DNA from: an uncultured Acidobacteriota bacterium
GTDB lineage: Bacteria; Acidobacteriota; Vicinamibacteria; Fen-336
Length of the DNA: 64,000 bases
NCBI GenBank assembly: GCA_963818355.1
Contig: CAWFSB010000059.1
Span: 137,238-201,237 of the forward strand
Reading direction: 5' to 3'
A model generated the notes under the pieces. That model did not search any database. It was not told the DNA's origin and saw nothing but the letters and a program-made list of their open reading frames with translations. A program made the position numbers and the translations under genes. Positions 12,605-24,103 of this stretch are shown in pieces (within the stretch, counting starts at the first letter, position 1; each line of letters opens with the position of its first letter).

Positions 12605-12634
12605 ATCCTAGCCAAAGCACCGCGGGATTTCAAA
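12605..12634 (-). promoter_or_regulatory. Promoter candidate for tRNA-Gln
   Basis: Minus strand: TTTGAA (12634-12629), 18-nt spacer, TAGGAT (12610-12605). About 17 nt upstream of the mature tRNA 5' end. Confidence 0.4.
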
Positions 12635-12660
12635 CCGCCCGTGGCGCGGCCGACGCACCC

Positions 12661-12666
12661 TATAAT
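12661..12666 (+). promoter_or_regulatory. Perfect -10 box (TATAAT+CCGCC) 5 nt upstream of the glpF ATG; probable leaderless transcript
   Basis: cccTATAATccgccATG. No SD sequence is possible in the gap. No convincing -35 element. Confidence 0.45.
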
Positions 12667-12671
12667 CCGCC

Positions 12672-13449
12672 ATGCTCCGCGGGACACTTCGTGAGGCGGC
12701 GGCCGAGTTCCTCGGCACTTTCCTCATTCTCGTCTTCGGCACCGCATCGGTCGCGCAGAAGATCCTGAGCGACGGCGACGCCGGCTCCGCCCTCGCGATC
12801 CACCTCTCGTGGGGGCTCGGCCGTGACCCTGGGCATCTACGCCTCGGCGGGCGTCTCCGGGGCCCACCTCAACCCCGCGGTCACGCTGGCCTTCGCCGCG
12901 TTCCGCGGATTCCCCTGGCGCAAGGTGCCGGCGTACTTCCTCGCGCAGCTCGCCGGCGCCTTTTCCGGGGCCGCGGTCACGTTCGTGACCTACCGCGAGG
13001 CCTTCGACCACTTCGACGGCGGCGTGCGACAGGTCGTGGGCGAGAAGGCCACCGCCGGGATCTTCGCCACCTACCCCCAGCCGTTCGTGAGCGCCGTGCC
13101 CGGCGGCTTCGTCGATCAGGTCGTCGGCACCGCCCTCCTGCTGCTCGTCATCTTCGCCATCGGCGACCGTCGGAACGCGGGACCGACGAGCGGCGGCCCC
13201 GTCCTGGTGGGCGCGCTCGTCGTTCTCATCGGCATGACCTTCGGCTTCAACGCGGGCTACGCGATCAACCCCGCCCGCGACCTCGGGCCACGGGTCTTCA
13301 CCGCGATGGCGGGCTGGGGGAGCGAGGTCTTTCGGGCCGGCGGCGGCTGGTGGTGGGTGCCGCTCGTGGCCCCGTGCCTCGGCGCGCTCCTGGGCGGCTT
13401 CGTCTACGACCGGCTGATCACCCGGCACCACCCGCCCGAGAGAGCCTGA
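12672..13449 (+). CDS. glpF: MIP-family aquaglyceroporin (one frame break near 12820)
   Basis: ORF 12672.. supplies MLRGTLREAAAEFLGTFLILVFG…SWGLG. ORF 12823..13449 supplies …GAHLNPAVTLA… and …INPARDLGPR (both NPA motifs). The break looks like an extra c in ggccgtg. Confidence 0.85.
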
Positions 13450-13453
13450 TTCC

Positions 13454-16005
13454 TCAAGGCTCGGCGGCGGAGAGGTAGAGCGCGTTGAGGAGGGCGGCGT
13501 AGGTCACGCGGCTCTGCGCGCGGTACTGCGGCCGGAAGCCGAAGAGCACGACGCGCCCCTTCCCGAGCGGCACCTCGACCAGGGCGGCCTTGCCCCGCAG
13601 GCGCTCGCCGCCGAGGAGCCAGCCGGAGAGGAGCGGGTCCTCGGCCTCGTAGCGCAGGACGACCGAGCCCTGTTCCACCTCGAAGGCGGGCGAGCCCTCG
13701 AACCAGACGGGCGTCGTCTCCGGCAGACCGTGAGCCAGGGGGTGAGCCGCGTCCGCCCTCGTGGCCAGGATCGAGCCGGGACAGAAGAACGACGGTCGGC
13801 TCCACGCCGGTGAGCGCGTTTCTCACCGGCAGCCCCAGCTGGTCGATCGCGAAGCCGACGGCCGAGTCGAGGGCCACCAGCGTCCCGCCGGCCTCGACGA
13901 AGGCGCGCAGCGCCGCCACCCCCTCGGTCCCGAGGCCGCCCGTGTACTCCTCCGGCATCGACCCGGCCGCGTGCCCGTTCAGCAGCGAGGCGGGCGCCTG
14001 GTCGGGAAGGACGATCGGCGTCGAAGCGCTCCCGCAGGCGTCCCCCCCGCACCTCGCGGTCGTGCAGCTCCTGGTACGCCACCCCCATCTCCTTCTCGAA
14101 GACGAAGCGCGTCCAACCTTCGTCCATCGAGGGGACCCACGAGCGGTAGAGGCCCACGCGCGGCCGGCGGAGGCGCAGCGCGCGGGGCTCGGCGCGGACC
14201 GCCCGTGCCGTGAACCCCAGCTCGCTCGCGAGCGGCTCGACCAGGCGCCGCGCGGAGGCGGGGACGAGCAGCGTCCCGGCGGCGAAGGACCTCTCCGCGT
14301 CGACGAACGGCTCGAGCGCCCAGCGCACCTTCACGCCCTCGTCGAGCAGGCGGCCGAGGGCCACCAGCTCGCCGCTCGCGTGGCCGAGGGCCAGGCGGGG
14401 AGCGTCGCCCTCGACGCGGCCGGGAGCGACGCCCGGGGCCTCCACCGGCTCGAGGTCGACCACGAAGGGCGCGGCCACCGCCACGACCTCCACGCCGAGG
14501 AGCAGCGGCAACGTGTGGGCCGTGACGTCGTACGGCCGCTTCGGGGGGCCGCCTTCGTGCTCGCGCAGGTCCGGGTAGCGCTGCCGCTCGAGGAGCGTCT
14601 TCGCGAAGCCGCTCGCCGGCTGCTGCATCCGGACGACGAGAGCGCCCGCTTCGTACGGGCGACCTCCGGCCTCGAAGGGCGCCGCGGCCCGCTCGATCTC
14701 CACCTCGCCCAGGCGGAGCACCTCGACGAGCCGGGCGACCGCCGAGGCGTCGCGCTGGGCGGAGGGCACGACGAACGCGAACGGAGCGCGCCGGTCACAG
14801 GCCCGGCGGTTCGCCGCGAGCGCCGTCCGCAGCCAGTGCTCACGGTTGGCCGCGGCGTGGTCCAGGATGGCGAGCGAGGCCTGGAGCTGGGTGTCGACGA
14901 TGTCGGCGAGGCGCCACGCCCCGCCCGGCCACGGCGCCGGGTAGCGGGCGGAGGCGACGCGCGGGTCGTAGCCGGAACCGCGCCGCTCGAGCTCCTCCGG
15001 CTTCACCTCGACCGGCGTCGCGAGGCGCGCGGAGGCCGTCTCGGAGAGCAGACGCACCCCGCCGTGGGTGTGGGGATAGGCGCGGCCCGGCGTCCACGCG
15101 TCGAAGATCGCGCCGGAGACGACGCCCGTGTGGCCCGCGGTGGTGAGGCGCGAGGCCACGTGCGACCCGAGCGCGCCCGCGGCGGCGACGAGCGCGCCGT
15201 CCACGTTCGGCTCCCACGGGTCGGCGTAAGGCGGGACGAAGAGGCGCGCCCCCCGCGGGCCCATCTGGTGCACGTCGTGGACGATCTGCGGGTGCCACCG
15301 GTGGTACAGGTGCCGGACGGTGAGGCGCGTCTCCGGCTGCGTGAACATGTACCAGTCGCGGTTGTTGTCGTGGCCGGTGTAGGGGTGATAGAGCACCGGC
15401 GGGGACGTTCCCTCGAAGGGCGTCCCGAGCTGCCGGCGGTACCACTCGGCCACGAGATCGGTCCCGTCGGGGTTGTGCGACGGCAGCACCAGCAGCACCG
15501 TCGCGTCGAGCATCGCCCGCACCCGATCCTCGTCGCTCGAGGCGAGGTGGTGCAGGAGGCGCAGCGAGGCGAGCGTGCCCCCCACCTCCGTCGAGTGGAT
15601 CGAGAACGCCATGGCCACGACGGCCCTGCCGTCCCGGACGATCCGCTCCGCCTCCGCCTCGCCGAGACCCCGGGGGTCGGCGAGGCGCGCGTTGGCGCCC
15701 CGGATCTCCTCGAGGCGGGCGTGGTTCGCCGCGGAGGTGACGGTCACGATCACGAAGGGGCGCCCCTGTGTCGTCTTCCCGACTTCCTCGACGGACACCC
15801 GGTCGGACGCTTCGTCGAGCGCCTTCAGGTAGGCGACGACCTGTCCCCAGTCGGCGAGCTTGCGGTCCTCGCCGGGCACGAAGCCGAGGACGGACTCGGG
15901 AGCGGGAACGACCGTGGCGGCCGGGGCCGAGGGCGCGAGAAGGACCGCGATCGAGAGGACGAGCGAGGCCGAGACGACCAGGAGGAGGCGCGGAGCCGCC
16001 GCCAC
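13454..16005 (-). CDS. Secreted M14-family zinc carboxypeptidase with C-terminal GATase1-like domain (frame breaks near 14018 and 13790)
   Basis: Signal peptide MAAAPRLLLVVSASLVLSIAVLLAP. IHSTEVGG, SHNPDG and HDVHQMG motifs. The C-terminus continues in ORFs 13404..13958(-) and 13454..13678(-). Confidence 0.75.
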
Positions 16006-16119
16006 GACCGCTCGCTGTGCGTCTCACGCCCGGTCCTCCTCCCCCGTGCCGCGAGGCGCGAGGGTAGCACGAAGCCCGCGGGGCTTGATGGGGACGGCCT
16101 TCTCCCCTATCGTCGCGCG

Positions 16120-17247
16120 GTGAGCCCGAGTGCCGGAGAGACGGCCGCGCGCACGCCACGCATCACGGTGGCCTTTCTCCTCTACAACGCGAGGGGCGAG
16201 GTGGACGCTCTCCTCCGGGGCCTCGTGAGCCAGGCCCATCCCGCGTTCCCGCGGCAGTCCGACTGGCTCGAGGCGGTCTTCGTCGACGACGCCTCCGGCG
16301 ACGGCACGGCCGAGGTCGTCGCGCGCGCGCTGGCCGCAATCGGCTCCCCGTCCCACTACCGGCTGGTGGTGCACCCGCGCAACCTCGGGTTGGCGGAGAC
16401 GCTCAACGAGACCTTCCGCCAGGCGCCGACCCCCTTCGTCCTCACGTGCCACCTCGACTGCCGGTTCGGGAGCGAGCGCTACGTGGCCGCGATGCTCGAC
16501 CTCATCGAGGCCCATCCCCGTGCCGCCGCCATCACCGGGCAGCCGGGGCTCCCGCCCGGCGCCCGCCTGCCGTTCGCCGAGAAGCTCAACGTCGTCGCGA
16601 ACCTGATGGACATCTTTCCCGCCGACACCGCGAAAGACCTCGTCCCGGTGGGGTTTGCCGAGGGGCGCTGCGACGTGTTCCGGGTCGAGGCGCTGCGCGA
16701 GGCGGGACTCTACGACACGCGCCTGCGCGTCTCGGGAGAGGACCAGGTTCTGGCGGCGAAGCTCCGGGCGAAGGGCTACGAGGTCTACCAGGCGCCCGGC
16801 CTGACGTACCACCTCTCGGTCTCCGCCGAGCAGGACAGCGCCCTGAAGATCCTGCGCCACCAGCGGCTCTTCGGCCGGACGACGCCGTACATCGTCCTGG
16901 CGGTTCCCGGCAGCCGCGATGGGCTGGTCGGCCCAAACGCCGGCGCCAACCGCCGCCGGCGAGCCGTCCTGCGGGCAACGCAGCTCGCGGCGAGCGCCGT
17001 TCTGGCCTTCGCCGCACTCTCGCTCCTGGCCGGATGGTCGGGCTGGGCCTGGGGAAGCGCTCTCGTCGTCCTCGCGGTGGCCCGGGGCGCGCTCTTCGCC
17101 CGACACGCCCGCGCCGTGCGCTTCACGGCCGCTGAGTGGCTGGCCTTCGCGCTCCTCCAGCCCCTCCTCGACCTCGCCTACACGGCCGGCATCCTGGAAG
17201 GGCTCGTGCTCTTGGCGCGGCGCGGCCGCTCCGCCCCGATCGACTGA
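16120..17247 (+). CDS. Family 2 glycosyltransferase with C-terminal TM region
   Basis: GTG at 16120 in the frame of ORF 13810..17247. ITVAFLLYNA…VFVDDASGDGT…, then C-terminal helices. Confidence 0.75.
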   Translation: MSPSAGETAARTPRITVAFLLYNARGEVDALLRGLVSQAHPAFPRQSDWLEAVFVDDASGDGTAEVVARALAAIGSPSHYRLVVHPRNLGLAETLNETFRQAPTPFVLTCHLDCRFGSERYVAAMLDLIEAHPRAAAITGQPGLPPGARLPFAEKLNVVANLMDIFPADTAKDLVPVGFAEGRCDVFRVEALREAGLYDTRLRVSGEDQVLAAKLRAKGYEVYQAPGLTYHLSVSAEQDSALKILRHQRLFGRTTPYIVLAVPGSRDGLVGPNAGANRRRRAVLRATQLAASAVLAFAALSLLAGWSGWAWGSALVVLAVARGALFARHARAVRFTAAEWLAFALLQPLLDLAYTAGILEGLVLLARRGRSAPID

Positions 17248-17265
17248 GAAGCCCCGGGCCCGGCG

Positions 17266-18228
17266 TCAGCTTTCCGTGGGCCCGGCGGGGAAGCGGCCGA
17301 CCTTCTTGCGGACGAAGTAGAGCGGTCGCTTCTTGGTCTCCTCGAAGATGCGGCCGACGTACTGGCCGATCAGGCCGAGCGAGACGAGCTGGACGCCCCC
17401 GAGGAAGAGCATGATCGCGACCACGGAGGCCCAGCCCCGCTCCATCGACTCCGGGTAGAGCAGCCGGTCGACGATCACGCGGACCGCCTGGAGGAGGCCC
17501 GCCAGGGACACCACGAGGCCGAACACGGTCATCCAGCGCAGGGGGGTGCTCGAGAACGACGTGATCGCGTCCCACGCGAGCCGCGTCGACTTCCAGACCG
17601 GGTACTTGGTGGCTCCGGCGTGGCGCGGCGCGCGCTCGTAGTGGATCGCCGACTGCGAGAAGCCCACCCAGCAGGTCAGACCGCGCACGAAGCGGTGAAG
17701 CTCGCGCACCTGCTTCAACGCGTCGATCACCTGGCGGTCCACGAGGCGGAAGTCGCCGGCGTCGAGCGGCACGTCGACGCTCGCCATCCGGCGGAACGTC
17801 TTGTAGAACGTGGCGGCGAGGAGGCGCTTCGCCCAGGACTCGCCGCGGCGGCCGGTGCGGACCGCGTAGACGACCTCGTGGCCCTCCCGCCAGCGCCGGA
17901 GAAGCTCGGGGACGACCTCGGGCGGGTCCTGCAGGTCGGCGTCCATGATCACGACCGCGTCCCCGTCCGCGTGGTCCATGCCCGCGGTGATCGCCAGCTG
18001 GTGGCCGAAGTTGCGCGAGAGCGAGAGCAGCTTGACCCGCGGGTCCCGCTCGGCGCAGGCGGCCGCCCACGCCGCCGAGCCGTCCCGGCTGCCGTCGTCG
18101 ACGAGGAGGAGCTCGAAATCCTCGGGCTCCGTCTCGAGCACGCCGCGCAGGCGATCGCAGAGGACGGGGAGGCTCTCCTCCTCGTCCAGGAACGGCACGA
18201 CGACGACGACCTTGCGTGGCGCGCTCAT
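17266..18228 (-). CDS. GT2 polyprenyl-phosphate glycosyltransferase (ArnC/GtrB/DPM1-like)
   Basis: Intact 320 aa: VVVVVPFLDEEES…LLLVDDGSRDGS…SRNFGHQLAITAGMDHADGDAVVIMDADLQDPPE…, with two C-terminal TM helices. Confidence 0.85.
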   Translation of the reverse strand: MSAPRKVVVVVPFLDEEESLPVLCDRLRGVLETEPEDFELLLVDDGSRDGSAAWAAACAERDPRVKLLSLSRNFGHQLAITAGMDHADGDAVVIMDADLQDPPEVVPELLRRWREGHEVVYAVRTGRRGESWAKRLLAATFYKTFRRMASVDVPLDAGDFRLVDRQVIDALKQVRELHRFVRGLTCWVGFSQSAIHYERAPRHAGATKYPVWKSTRLAWDAITSFSSTPLRWMTVFGLVVSLAGLLQAVRVIVDRLLYPESMERGWASVVAIMLFLGGVQLVSLGLIGQYVGRIFEETKKRPLYFVRKKVGRFPAGPTES

Positions 18229-18258
18229 GGCTTTACCACTCCCTGCGGAGATGATGAC

Positions 18259-19377
18259 TCACCACGCGGCCGTCGGACACTGGTCACGGGCGAGGGGGGG
18301 CGGCGGCGACGGCAAAGCGAGGAGATTGCATCCCGCGCCCTGTCGCAGACGCTTCGCCTGCTGGACGGGGTCGTACCAAGGAGAGCCGCCCTCGTCCGAG
18401 ATGGTATAGCCCAGCTCGATAAGCGCGCCGAAGAGCTCCTCGATCGACTCCCCGCCGGCCTCGACCGCCGTGGGTGTCGAGCTCGAACAGGACGGGTGGA
18501 CGGAAGCGTCGGAGGGTCCCGCGCGCCCCGCGCAGCACCCTAGCTTCCTGGCCGTCCACGTCGATCTTGATGAAGTCCACCCGTTCCAGCTGGCGTTCGA
18601 GGACCAGCGAATCGAGCCGGGCGACACGCGTGAGGACCCTCTCCGGGCCCCCACGGCCCGAGAGCGGATAGCTCGACTGCACCTGAAGCTCGACGCTCTG
18701 GACGTCGTGGTCGCCCAGAGCGGCGACGACGATCGCGACGTTCGTCAGGTCGTTCAGGGCGAGGTTCCGCCGGAGTCGGGCCACGGCGCCGGGCGCCGGT
18801 TCGATGGCGACGACCCGACCCGAAAGCCCGACCTGGCGCGCCATGCGCAGGGCGTGGTAGCCGACGTTGGCCCCGACGTCGATCGACGTCATGCCCGGGC
18901 CGAGGTGCCGGGCCATCACGCTCTCGGCCCGGGGCTCGAAGGAGCCCGAGAAGAAGAGCGAGGCGTCGATGACCTCGCGCAGGTCGAGCTCCCAGCGGAT
19001 GCCGTCGACGAGCCGGATCTGCGGGCTGGGGAGCTGCGCCGTGACCAACCCCAGAAGGCGAGCCAGGTGTGCCCCCAGGGCCGGATGGAGGGGAGAGCTC
19101 CGGTACAGGCGCATCAGGAGTCCGACCACACCGGCAATGTATGCGTTCCGGCCCCGGGCGGCCAATGGCCTCTCGGTCAGCCCCGCCGGAGCCAGAGCTT
19201 GTCCGCCTCGACGATTCCCGCCGCCGTCTCGAGACGGGCGTGCCGGAGCCAGATCTTGGAGAGCCGGGTCAGAGCCGACGGCAGGCCCGGCAGGCGCAGG
19301 AGCAGGAGCACCGAGCGAGAGGACAGCTCGTAGATCCACAGGTGGGCCGCGGTGCGCCGCTCGTCCGTTCTCGTCAC
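18259..19377 (-). CDS. FkbM-family SAM methyltransferase (frame breaks near 18470 and possibly 19180; N-terminus uncertain)
   Basis: IDVGANVGYHALRMARQV…VVAIEPAP…DFIKIDVDGQE. The C-terminus continues in ORF 18259..18654(-). A GTG at 19377 lies 10 nt after the upstream stop; the alternative start is ATG 19114. Confidence 0.65.
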
Positions 19378-19387
19378 GCGGCTCCGG

Positions 19388-20324
19388 TCAAGCCCTGTAG
19401 TTCCGAAGTGCGACCTGGTAGGACTCGCGGCGGTGTCGCAGCCCCGACTCCAGCATCACGCCGGTCAGCAGGGTGAACAGTGACAGGTTCATGAGGGAGG
19501 CGGCCAGGATGGCCAGCGGGAAGCGGCCCACCAGGCGAGTCCGGTAGTACTCGTAGACCGGCAGGGACCCGGCGGCGAGGCCGGCGACAAAGAAGACGCA
19601 CGCGACCGCGCCGAAGAAGAGGAGCGGGCGGTAGTCCCGGACCAGCACGAACAGCAGGCGCAGGATCCGAACGCCGTCGCGCACGGTCCGCAGCTTGGAG
19701 CTCGATCCCTCGGCGCGCTCGCGGAAGGGGACGGCCACCTCCGCGAGTCGGAACCCCTTCTCCACGGCCTGGACCGTGAGCTCCGTCTCGAGCTCGAAGC
19801 CGCGAAAGAGAAGGGGAACGTTCTTGTAGAAGCGCTTCGAGAAGAGGCGCAGGCCCGAGAACAGATCTCTCGGCTCGTAGCGGAACACCAACCGGAAGAC
19901 CCAGGCGAAGGCGTTGCTTCCCAGCCGATGAAACGGTCGAAAGGCGGCGTTCGGGGCTTCCGCCGTCCGGACCCCGGTGATCATGTCCGCGGGGTCCTTC
20001 TCGTGTGCTTCCAGGAGCCGGCGTGCGCCCTCGACGGGGTAGCTGCCGTCTCCGTCCACCATCAAGACCAGGTCTTCCTGCAGGCGAGCGAACGCCGTGG
20101 CGATCGCGCGACCCTTACCCCGCCGCGGCTCCGACAGGACCTCCGCCCCAGCCTCCCGGGCCTTCTCCGCGGTGCGCGTCGGACGAGCCGTTGTCGATGA
20201 CCAGGATGCGCGCACCCGGAAACTCGCGCCGGAAATCGGCAACGACTCCCGCGATGCCCCGCTCCTCGTCGAGGCAGGGAATGAGGATCGCAAGACTCGA
20301 CGGGGCGACGCGTCCATCGTCCAT
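19388..20324 (-). CDS. Family 2 glycosyltransferase with C-terminal TM helices (frame break near 20180)
   Basis: N-terminus MDDGRVAPSSLAILIPCLDEERGIAGVV…VIDNGSSD in one frame. The rest (…GKGRAIATAF…LVLMVDGDGSYP…) is in ORF 19388..22213(-). Confidence 0.7.
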
Positions 20325-20358
20325 GGAGGGCCGATATGTTGCCACAAAGGCACCGCCG

Positions 20359-21988
20359 CTAGTGGCGACCGGCCGGCGAGACCTGGGGTTGCGTCCCGGT
20401 CGACCGGACGACGCGGCAGAGGACCTTCTTGCCCGGTGCCCGTGCGGATGACCCCGCAGTCGTCGGTCACCGTGAGTGCGTAGCGTTCCAGGCTCGCGGC
20501 CGTCAGGCGCTCGTCGACGGACGCGAGCACCATCAGGGTCCCCTTGTGAGAGCCAAGGGTGGCGGTCACCAGGTCGGCGAAACGCGAGGAACCCACCCAT
20601 TCGAGGCCCACGAAACGCGTCTTCTCGGGGAAGAACGGGATCAGGAAGCTGTTGAGTTGACTCGTCAGGAGAACGAGGCTGTCTGTCTCGTAGGCCTGGG
20701 CGGGGAGCGTGATGCGCCACCACCGATCCGACCAGTCCCAACGCTGCCAGGAGCCGACGCTCGAGAACAGCAACAGGTACGCGCCTGCGGCGAAGAGCAG
20801 GGGCCGGCCGACTCTCGGAAGCAGGGCCTGGACCAGGATGACGAGAACCAGCGGGGCGAGGAACTCCAGGATCGCCGCGTAGCGGTAGTAGTAGAAGACG
20901 GCCAGCCAGGCCGCGTAGGCCATCAGGACGAAGGCCAACAGGTTGCGCTGGCCAGGCGGCAGCGGCGTCCTCTTGCCCAGCCCTCGCAGTGAAAGCCAGC
21001 CGAGTGCGGCGACGAGGACGAGCAGGAAGCGCGCGTCGCGGAAGGGGATCTCCTGCAGACGGCTGGTCTCGCCGAGGGCCATCGCCCACGGCGTCGCGAG
21101 CAGGTCCAGGGGACCCCGGGCCACCCAGCGTGGGTCCCGAATGGCCTCAGCGGGCAGGTAGGGCGACCGGAAGATCTGGTTGACGAACGGAAAGAGCGGG
21201 TTGCCGAAGCGCTCCCACATCCGCCAGCACCAGATGCCCCCGAAGGCCACGAAGCCGAGGACGGTGCCGGCGAGGAACGCGAGCACCGCTCCCACGCGTG
21301 CCTGTCGCCCCAGAACCATGAGGACGACGAGGGCCCCCAGGGCGACGACGTGGGGGCCCATGGTGAGCTTGAGGCCCATCGAAGCGCCCGCGAGGAACCC
21401 GGCTCCCAGCCAAGCCGGCGTGCCGGCTTCCGCTCGTCGGGGGTTCCCCGGGCTCCCAGGACCACGAGAAGAGAAGCCAGGAGCGGGATGGACACGGTCG
21501 TGTCGCCCATGGTGGTTCCCAGCGACGAGTGGGCCGTCGGGCCTGTGGCGGCGAGGATTCCGACCAACACGGCCAACGCGCCCGAGCCCGGACCTGTCGA
21601 GGAGGCGGCGTGCCAGGAGGAAGACCAGGGCCGGGTTCAGGCCCTGGAGCGCGCCCAGCAGAAAGCCGAACAGCCGAGGCGGGAGGTGTGTGATGCCGAG
21701 ATAGTGGAGGGAGTCGAGGGTGGGGTTCAGGAACGTCCCCAGCCCAGCCGGCACCAGATCGGTGTCGAACCGTCCGTGGACGAACGCGTAGCCATTGTAG
21801 AAATGGTATCGGCACAGGTCGGTGTTGATGTCCTGACCCAGCACCAGTGACCCGACGCCGGATCCGACGATGAGCAAGGCGATCACGACGGCTTCCGGAA
21901 AGAGCCGGGGCAGGCTCCGAGACACGACGGGCGCCTTCACCTCGCGGAGCGCTCCGACGAGGGGGAGAAGAGAGGAGACGAAGCTCAC
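20359..21988 (-). CDS. Polytopic membrane protein, GT-C/DUF2029(GT87)-like candidate glycosyltransferase (2-3 frame breaks)
   Basis: GTG at 21988 in a GTGA overlap. After TM1: GQDINTDLCRYHFYNGYAFVHGRFDTDL. At least 10 predicted helices. The middle segment is read from ORF 20923..21576(-). The 3' end is inferred from a TAG at 20359 in the third frame. Confidence 0.5.
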
Positions 21989-22953
21989 CCACTGGCCAAC
22001 GTGTGACCGTGCCTCGGCCGCGAGCCTGCTCGAGCTCGACGAGCATGGGAGGGGAGAATCCCGAGGCGAGGACCGGGCGACCAGCCGCGAGCGCGTTCCA
22101 CACCTTCGAAGGGAAGACGGCATCCGGCAGCTCCGGGTGCCCCGCCACCAGGTGGACCTCCGCCTCCCAGTACGAGCGGACGAGCGCGTCGGGGTCCGTG
22201 AGCGGCGGCTCACTCCGCACCCACTCGGGGAGGCTCTTCATGCCCGGCCCGTCGCCCCGCACCGTCACCTCGTAACCCTCGTCCACCAGTCGCCGGCACA
22301 GCGCCAGGAAGCTCGGGAGGTGATGGCCCCATCCCAGGTTGCCCGAGTACAGGGCCGTGCGAGGCCGTGCGGGCCGCGGCGGGCCGAGCTCCATGGTGTT
22401 CCAGTTGCGGATGAGGATCGCGTCCGCCCTCGGGACACCGCACGTTCGCGGCGACCTTCACGACATGGTCCCACGCCCGCAAGTGGCGATCCCAGAGTCG
22501 CCTCATCGCCAAGCGCAGTGGGGCGGGCGGGTTCCACACTGCGCGTATGAGCTGTGGGTAGTAGTCCTGAAGCCAGTAGACACCGATCGCGCCGCGTTTG
22601 TCGACCGCGCGGTGCAGGAAGAGCGTCGTCGGGGGAGCGCTGGTGAGGACGACCACGTCCTTCGCTCCCACCTGCGTCCTCACGTAGCGGGCAAAGGCCC
22701 GCCGGACGCTCTCGTACTCGAGTGCGACCGAGGCCAGGCGCTCCCGGCGTCCCTTCCGATGCGCAAGCCTCTCGATGGGCGTCCCTGGAGGTGGGCGGCA
22801 GCCGGGGCGATAGCTCCCCGTGCCGGCCACGAGCCGGACCTCAATGCCCTCCTTCGCCAGCGCGTCGGCGACGTGCTCCGCGTAGATGCCGGTGGGCGCG
22901 TCGTCCGGCCAGAGGTACTGGGTGAGGATGTGCACCACGGGAGCTCCCGTCAC
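21985..22953 (-). CDS. GT4 (WbuB-like) glycosyltransferase (1-2 frame breaks; boundary with upstream DegT unclear)
   Basis: VVHILTQYLWPDDAPTGIYAEHVADALAKEGIEVRLV… The C-terminal half comes from ORF 21147..22394(-) (LYSGNLGWGHH…FPSKVWNALAAGRPVLA). The TGA at 21985-21987 is reachable only via a frame change. Confidence 0.6.
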
Positions 22954-24093
22954 GCGTGGAGCCTTCGCGTCGGGGGTGGCCGGTCTCAGGGCGCAGAAGG
23001 CCCGGATCTCCCGCGCGATCCCCTCGAGGCTGTCGATGGGCAGCTCGGGATAGAGGGGAACCTGGATCACCTCCAGCGACAGGCGCTCGGAGACGGGCAG
23101 GTCGCCGGGCCGGCCGCCGGCCGTGGCCATCGCCGGCTGCAGGTGGATCGGCCGCGGATAGTGGACGGCGGTCGCGATCCCGCGCGCGGTGAGGTGGGCC
23201 TGGAGAGAGTCGCGGTTCGCGACGCGCAGCGTGTACAGGTGCCAGGCCGAGCGCCCCCAGGCCTGCTCCCGCGGCAGGACGACGCCCGGCACGCCCTCGA
23301 GGAGCCGCGCGTACGCCGCCGCCCGCTCGCGCCGCTCCGCCGTCCAGCCCTCGAGGTGGGGCAGCTTGGCGCGGAGCACGGCGGCCTGCAGCGTGTCGAG
23401 GCGGCTGTTCGTCCCCGGCACCACGTTGTCGTACCGGGCCTTCCCCGCGCCGTGATTGGCGACCTGCCGCACGCGGGCGGCGAAGTCGGCGTCGTCGGTG
23501 ACCACCATGCCGGCGTCCCCGTAGGCGCCGAGGTTCTTGCCCGGGTAGAAGCTGAAGCACGCGGCGTGCCCGAGGCTGCCCGCCCGCTTTCCCGCGATCT
23601 CGGCGCCGTGGGCCTGCGCCGCGTCCTCGAGGACCGGCAGCCCGTGGCGCTCGGCGACCGCCCGGATCTCGTTCATCGGGGCCGGGTGGCCGTAGAGGTG
23701 GACGGGCAGGATCACCTTCGTGCGGGACGTGATGGCCGCTTCGAGCCCCCCGGGGTCCATCGTGAACGAGGCCTCGTCCACGTCCACGAACACGGGTCGG
23801 GCGCCGTTCATCAGGATCGCCTCGCCGGTCGCGATGAAGGTGTTGGCGACCGTCACCACCTCGTCGCCCGGCCCCACCCCGTACGCGCGCAGGGCGAGGG
23901 CCAGGGCGTCCGTGCCGTTGGCGACGCCGACGGCGTGCCGGGCTCCGCAGTACGCCGCGAACTCCTGCTCGAACAGCCGGCAGTCCTCCCCCCCGATGAA
24001 CTGGGTGCTGGCCACGACCCGGGCGATCGCCGCGTCGACGGCCTCCTGGATGCGCAGGTACTGCGCGCGAAGGTCGACCATGGGAACCGTCAT
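22954..24093 (-). CDS. DegT/DnrJ/EryC1/StrS-family sugar aminotransferase (no in-frame stop before the GT4 domain)
   Basis: MVDLRAQY…FIGGEDCRLFEQEFA…GTDALALAL…SFYPGKNLGAYGDAG… It is the intact first ~380 aa of ORF 22210..24093(-). Confidence 0.85.
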
Positions 24094-24103
24094 ACGGAGA
24101 AGT

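Noticed and set aside
12514-16119. tRNA-Gln as the integration site of a genomic island carrying the glycan locus
   Set aside because: I saw no integrase, recombinase or direct repeat of the tRNA 3' end in the window. Ordinary genes (glpF and the M14 peptidase) separate the tRNA from the locus.
17248-17290. GGGCCC-rich inverted repeat between the convergent GT2 genes as a terminator
   Set aside because: The stem is only about 8 bp with a 16-nt loop, it overlaps the 3' coding end of the minus-strand gene, and there is no U-tract.
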